Positions 1 through 26,113 of a stretch of DNA of 26,113 nt are shown in pieces. Each line of letters starts with the position of its first letter. The stretch's first letter is position 1. The notes under the pieces were generated by a model. It saw only the letters and a list, made by a program, of their open reading frames with translations. It was not told where the DNA came from and searched no databases. Source of the stretch: Salpingoeca rosetta (lineage: Eukaryota > Protista > Choanoflagellata); NCBI GenBank assembly GCA_033442325.1, contig JAWQFM010000036.1, forward strand, positions 190,222 through 216,334. Reading direction: 5' to 3'. Both the position numbers and the translations under genes were made by a program.

Positions 1-41
<41 letters not shown>

Positions 42-77
42 GCACACACACACACACACATACACACACACACACAC
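1..77. repeat. (CA)n microsatellite
   Basis: Seen directly; lies 3' of the DnaJ stop codon. Confidence 0.95.
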
Positions 78-186
78 AAAAGTAACAGCCACCACAGCGA
101 ATCACCAATCACCACAGTCGACACACGAGCGCGCACCACGGACAATGGTGACCAGCCGTTTGCCAGCAGTGCGGCTGCGGCTGCGG

Positions 187-4888
<4,702 letters not shown>

Positions 4889-5194
4889 GCTGATGACGGT
4901 CGCAGACTTGCTTGCCAGTTGCAATCAATCGAGCGAGTCAAAACAAAAAGGGCCGGGCGCTGCGACGTAGCCTAAGGTTTCCTTGGTGGTGCTAACGTAG
5001 TTGTTGATGTCTCTTAAGATTGACGTCCTTGCTTTCAGCAGCAACAACAACCCCTGCAACAACACCCACAGACATTAACAACCACCACAAGAGGCTGCTG
5101 TCCCAGACGGCAGGACATGTGATGCGTGCCGTGAGTCCGTCATTGTAGGACAACGAACCACACAGCGGTAGCAGCAGCGAGCAACGCACACAAC

Positions 5195-5269
<75 letters not shown>

Positions 5270-5503
5270 CCGACACCCACAATCTCATCACATGCCACCT
5301 CATATCCAACACACCACCACCACACACGTTGCTCTTCTTCTCTTCCTCTTGTTGCCTTGTTTTGCAAATTGCACCAACAGCCGACTGCAATTGGCAAAAC
5401 AACCACAGCCAGCAACAGCAGCTGAGACAAGCGAGTGGTCCTTCCTTCCTTCCACCCGCTCTCGCTCACCTCTCTCAATAATCTCTCTTACCTTCCCCCT
5501 CCC

Positions 5504-5547
<44 letters not shown>

Positions 5548-5647
5548 NNNNNNNNNNNNNNNNNNNNNNNNNNNNNNNNNNNNNNNNNNNNNNNNNNNNN
5601 NNNNNNNNNNNNNNNNNNNNNNNNNNNNNNNNNNNNNNNNNNNNNNN
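5548..5647. other. Assembly gap (100 N) flanked by (CA)n tracts
   Basis: Run of 100 N; the true length is unknown. Confidence 0.99.
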
Positions 5648-5695
5648 CCTACCTACTACTACTACTACCTACCTACCCTACCCCTACCCTCCCTA

Positions 5696-5814
<119 letters not shown>

Positions 5815-5863
5815 GCTTGTGAGGTGTGAGGTGTGTCACAAGCAAGCGTTTGATTGTGTGGCC

Positions 5864-6592
5864 ATGGGCGCGCTCTTGTCGGCCGCCTTTGGAGGACAAA
5901 ACGCCAGGGCGCAGGTGTGACGGCGCTGTCGCTCTCGCTTATCCTGTCCTTGGAACACAACATGCCGTGTGTGAGTGTGTGTGAGTGAGTATATGTGAGT
6001 GAGAGTGTATGTGGGGGCGATGGGGGTTCCGGCACAAGTGTGCGTGCTCACACATGTGTGGACGTGCAACAACACGCGTCCAACTTCGCTACCTTCCATG
6101 TGCGTGTCCGTCCGTTCATGCTGCAGGCACCACACCCGTTGTTCACTGCGGTGCGAGAGGGCAACTTGGATGCGATTCGCGTGCTCTTGCAAGATGGCGC
6201 CAACATCAACATGCGCTCCCGGGTACGCACTGTGTGTGTGTGTGTGTCTGTGTTGTGCCTGTGTGTCTGTGTTGTGTGTGTTGTGTTGTGTGTGTGTGTG
6301 TTTGTTGTGTCTGTTGTGTTTTGTGTGTTTCTGTCTACGTTTCTGTCTATCCGCCTGTATGCGTGTGTATGTGTCGGCTTCCATGTGGCCTTCTGAGTTG
6401 ACAAAGCGTGTTGCATCTGCATGCGCTGCACGAAGACAGAAGGGGTACACACCGTTGTATGAAGCATGCAAGACCATGAATGCGGAAGTCGTCTCCTTTC
6501 TTGTTGATCGAGGCGCCATCGTTCCAGTGGTGAGCAACAACAAACAATGACAACGAGAGAGTCAGGAGTTGGGTGCATGACGGTGTGCTCGT

Positions 6593-6675
<83 letters not shown>

Positions 6676-7779
6676 GCTGCGAGTTACTTGGCTGGTGTTG
6701 GTTCTCCCTGGCTCACGCTGCCCGTGACTTGGATTCTACTGCTGGCGCCTCACTGCGCGGCTGATGGTTCATCTATCTTTGTAGGAGCACGCACACATGG
6801 CCATGGAACGGGTCATCACGGCCGACAACATCGGCATTACGCGAATGCTGTTTGCATCTGGTGTCACCATCGCCAGCACAGAGGAGGTGCACACTTGTGT
6901 GTGTTTGTGTGTGTGTGTGTGTATGTCGACAATCACGATCGCATGTGACATTCATCTCACCTGCGCGTACACGCATGCCTGATTGATTGTCACAGCCATC
7001 CTTCAATGCGGTCTCAAGGTTTCTCGGCAAAGGCACGGTCCGTCACACACACACACACACATACGCACACACAACAAACAACACACAACACACATGACAC
7101 CACACAACACACATGACACCACACAACACACATGACACCACACAACACACAACACACAACACACATACGCACCACCATCACGCCTTGTGCTGTTCAGGAG
7201 CGGGATTCGCTGCTGCGACTGGCGATTGAGCGGAAGAATGAGGAGATGGTCAAATTGCTCGTGCAGCAAGGGGCATGCATCCACGTCACAGACACGGTCA
7301 GGGTTGCGTTGCTGTGTTGTATTGTGTTGTTTGTTTGTTTTTTGTTGGTTGGTTTGTGTGTGGCTGTGTTTATGTGTGGCTGTGTGTATGTGTGGCTGTG
7401 TGTATGTGTGTGCGTGTGTATGTGTGTGTCTGTGTCTGTGTGTGTGTGTCTGTGTTTGTTTCCTTTCCGTCTGCATGTGTGTGTGTGTGCACTTGTCTCT
7501 CTCTACCCTACCTTCACTCTCAATCCCATCCGCCCCAAACACACCTACTCATGCTGCACCCCAACCTCACCCCCGTTCCATTTCAACCCGCCCAAACGCC
7601 ATCGTGTGATTCAACAGGGGCGGAGCCCCCTCCATTACGCAAGAAACCATAAGGCCATCCAGTCCTACCTGCGCCGTGTCGTTCCCCAGTGCGACCACAG
7701 TCTCGGCTTCACGCTCTTCCTCACACTCGTAGCGTTTGCCCTCGTTGTTTTGCACGCCCTTTTCGCCACAGACACGTGA
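5864..7779 (+). CDS. Small ankyrin-repeat protein with putative C-terminal membrane anchor, ~199-213 aa. Exons 5864-5914, 6127-6222, 6440-6529, 6785-6886, (6996-7037 tentative), 7198-7296, 7618-7779
   Basis: GT-AG phase-0 introns join ankyrin consensus units: PLFTAVREGNLDAIRVLLQDGANIN, GYTPLYEACKTMNAEVVSFLVDRGA, SLLRLAIERKNEEMVKLLVQQGACIHVTD, GRSPLHYA. Starts MGALLS and ends LGFTLFLTLVAFALVVLHALFATDT*. Confidence 0.85.
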
Positions 7780-8410
7780 ACTTGCTCGTTGTGTCGTTGC
7801 CCCCCCCCCCTCGTTGTATGCGACACGTCTTGCATGTTCGCATGTACGGCATACGCCACATGCCACACTGCACACGCGGCGCCATGCACCGCGAATCACC
7901 ATCCCCCTCCAAACTTGTCACCCGTACCCCTCTTTTCTTGCATGTGATGGAGGCTGGTTAACTGTTTATCTTCTCTCTGCATTGCCGCAACCTTCACGCC
8001 AACACGACGAGTGCACACGTCCATATGCGCGTGTGCGTATGCGTACATATGAATATGTGTACATGTGTGTGCACGGGCAAGCGGGTGGCTGCCTGCGCGC
8101 CTGTACGCACGTGCACGTCGTCAAGTTGTATGTGGTGTTGATATGGTAAGTGCTCCTGATGACAAAGAACCGAAAGAACAGAAGTGACAAAAGTATAAAC
8201 AAAACCAAACGCAAAGCACAAGACATGCACGCTAATCAAGGTATTCACACATGCACACGCACCCATCCACACACACATGTATACACGCGCATGCACATGC
8301 ACAAGCAGCTGGCGATTAGGGGAAACGGGCAAATCAAATGCAAGGCAAACTGAAAGCGAAGTTTGAATCACACAGTATGGGAGGGACAGATAGATGGCCT
8401 GAATAGATGG

Positions 8411-8460
8411 TTGAATGGGTTGAGTGGGTTGAATGGGTTGAATGGGTTGAATGGAGTGGG
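8411..8460 (+). repeat. 9-bp tandem repeat (TTGAATGGG)n
   Basis: About 5 imperfect copies between the convergent ankyrin and zinc-finger genes. Confidence 0.85.
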
Positions 8461-8559
8461 TTGGAAGCGTTGAATGGCGATGGATGTCACAGGATAGTGT
8501 CACCATAATCGCCATGGTCAGGTTGCTGCTGCCACGACCGGAGGCACCAGCAGCAGTGG

Positions 8560-13148
<4,589 letters not shown>

Positions 13149-13213
13149 CTGACGATGTGAGGGAGGACAGGACCAATGGCTGAGGCTGAATGTGCTGCTT
13201 GTTGCGGGTTTGC

Positions 13214-16053
<2,840 letters not shown>

Positions 16054-16357
16054 GGAGGCAGGGGCAAGATGGACCGTGGTTGGGCGAAGTCAAGCAGAAT
16101 GAGGGCTGCTGAAGATGCATTTTGTGTGTGAATGCAGTGGTGTGCACGTGTGTAGTGGTGTGTGTGCTGTGTGTGCACGTGTGTAGTGGTGTGTGTGCTG
16201 TGTGTGTGTGTGCAGTGGTGTGTGTGTGTGTGTGTGTCTGTGCAGTGGTGTGTGTGTGTGTGTATGCGTGGGAACAAGCAGCTTGCAAGGACAATACGTG
16301 TAGCGCACTCAGCATGACATGACATGGCAGAAGGGCAGAGGGAACGATGCCGCTGTA

Positions 16358-16419
<62 letters not shown>

Positions 16420-16850
16420 CACGCCCTGCCCTCACTCACATTTCCATACAAGCATACACAGTCGCTCACTGGCTCACTCACGATCACACGATCATACACC
16501 CATGCACCAAGACGCACGCACGCACAAGGCAGCGGGGACGCAGGAAAGAAGGAAGACAAAAGTAGGTCACGTCTAAACAGCAAGAAAGTGTGCTATGCAG
16601 GGATACAGCATGCGTAAGTCGTGAAAAGAAAGTCACACACCACTCACGACGCATGCATGCCTCTGTCGATTGTGCCGAGCAAGCAGGCGTGAAAATAAAC
16701 GTTTGAAATGAAGCGAAAGTCAGTAGCATGTTAGGCATGGGGCGCGCGAGTGGGGTCGACAAGTGGTGAATTTTTCATTTGACATGAGCACAACAACGAG
16801 CGAGTCGAGGCCCTCACAGTTGCACAGACAGACACACACACAGACACACA

Positions 16851-16943
<93 letters not shown>

Positions 16944-16951
16944 TCAAGCAC

Positions 16952-16987
<36 letters not shown>

Positions 16988-17349
16988 TCAAGCAAGGCTG
17001 CAGAGTGAGCGTTAAATGCCAAAATTTGCTTGTGTATGACTTGCAATTGCGCATTTTGGAAATGTGCACATGTCTTCCCTTACTCTTCACACTAGCAAAT
17101 ATGACGTCACAGCGCTGTTACGGCACTTGTCGCCATCCAGAACGAGCAAGCAAACAGCAAGGGGATCTCATCACGTCATGTAATGTAGCAACAGTATTGT
17201 CGGACGTGTGTAATGTGGTATGCACGTAACCAAGCAACAAAGCAGAAGCAATTATTATTGGCGACAGGGAGGGCAATCGGGTCAGCAGGCAAAGCAGACA
17301 CGACGTGTGGCACGTTTGTCTGCAAACAAACAACACGTGTCGTGTCATG

Positions 17350-25371
<8,022 letters not shown>

Positions 25372-26076
25372 GCCCAGGAGTTGCTCATCCACGCCGTAAG
25401 CTGCTGCAAGTGGGGTTATAGAAGGGAGGCAGAGCAGGGACAAGTTCAAGCAATTACACGAGTGAGCACAGCACAGCATAGCACAGCGCAGCAGAGACGA
25501 CACGAACAAACACTGCATCAACATACGCGTGTACGCGTGTGTGTGTGTGCAACTGTTGTGTGCTGGTGTGATGGACACGCCATCACTGTCGCGAGGCACA
25601 ACAAGAACACGAAGAGAGACAGGAGCAACATTCAAACCTCAAAGTAACCCCAAAGCAACCCCAAAGCACCACACGCCAACAGCACACCTTGTTTTGCTTG
25701 ATGTGGTGGTGGTGATGCGTGGCCAAGCCAGCGTCGTGGTCGTGTGGTTGTGGTGTGGTCTGCGAGCGAGCGAGCGAGCGTGTTGCCTTTCCTCTCGTCT
25801 TGTGTGTCTTGTGTGGAGAGGGACTTTTGCTGAGTCAGCGAAAATTGCCGTTGTCGCGTGTGTGTGTGTGTGTGCAAATCCCAACAGAAGACCTGCTTGC
25901 TTCACCTGCTTGGCTGGTGAGATGAAGTCGTGGCTTGTGCCCTGTGCCTGTGCCTTGATGACGTCTGTGCTGGTGAAGGGCCACTGCGCTGTTTGCTTGA
26001 GGCGCGTGTTTTGGTGCGCGGTTTGGTCATCGCTGCACCTCTCTCATCGACCGTGTCATCACGTGCGCGCACGTGT

Positions 26077-26113
<37 letters not shown>

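Noticed and set aside
4992-5402. Minus-strand 136-aa ORF upstream of DnaJ
   Set aside because: It spans a TG repeat, has no recognisable motif, and the DnaJ N-terminus is already complete at 4888.
16931-16993. Duplicated cacacgtcatcaagca flanking a CA tract, resembling a target-site duplication
   Set aside because: The intervening sequence is only microsatellite, consistent with a slippage duplication; no transposon ends or ORF.

Overview
Eukaryotic, intron-rich DNA full of (CA/TG)n, (CAT)n and (CAC)n microsatellites, with a 100-N scaffold gap. The style suggests a choanoflagellate such as Salpingoeca rosetta; this is inferred from composition only. Most ORFs in the supplied track are repeat artefacts. 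Manual GT-AG, phase-checked splicing gives four genes. (1) A 13-exon DNAJB12/14-type J-protein, minus strand 187-4888. (2) A 6-7-exon ankyrin-repeat protein with an N-myristoylation-like start and hydrophobic C-terminal tail, plus strand 5864-7779. (3) A large Q/low-complexity protein, minus strand 8560 to at least 13148. Its C-terminus, split over small exons and invisible in the ORF track, assembles into an 8-cysteine double zinc finger with nuclear-receptor-like spacing (Cx2C-x11-Cx2C ... Cx5C-x14-Cx2C, ending RCTRCR). (4) A 14-exon PIAS/Siz-type SUMO E3 ligase (SAP, PINIT, SP-RING, SIM) with a very long low-complexity tail, minus strand 17350-25371. The nuclear-receptor-like finger is the most interesting signal, followed by a recurring GU-rich 5' / CA-rich 3' polarity in many introns.
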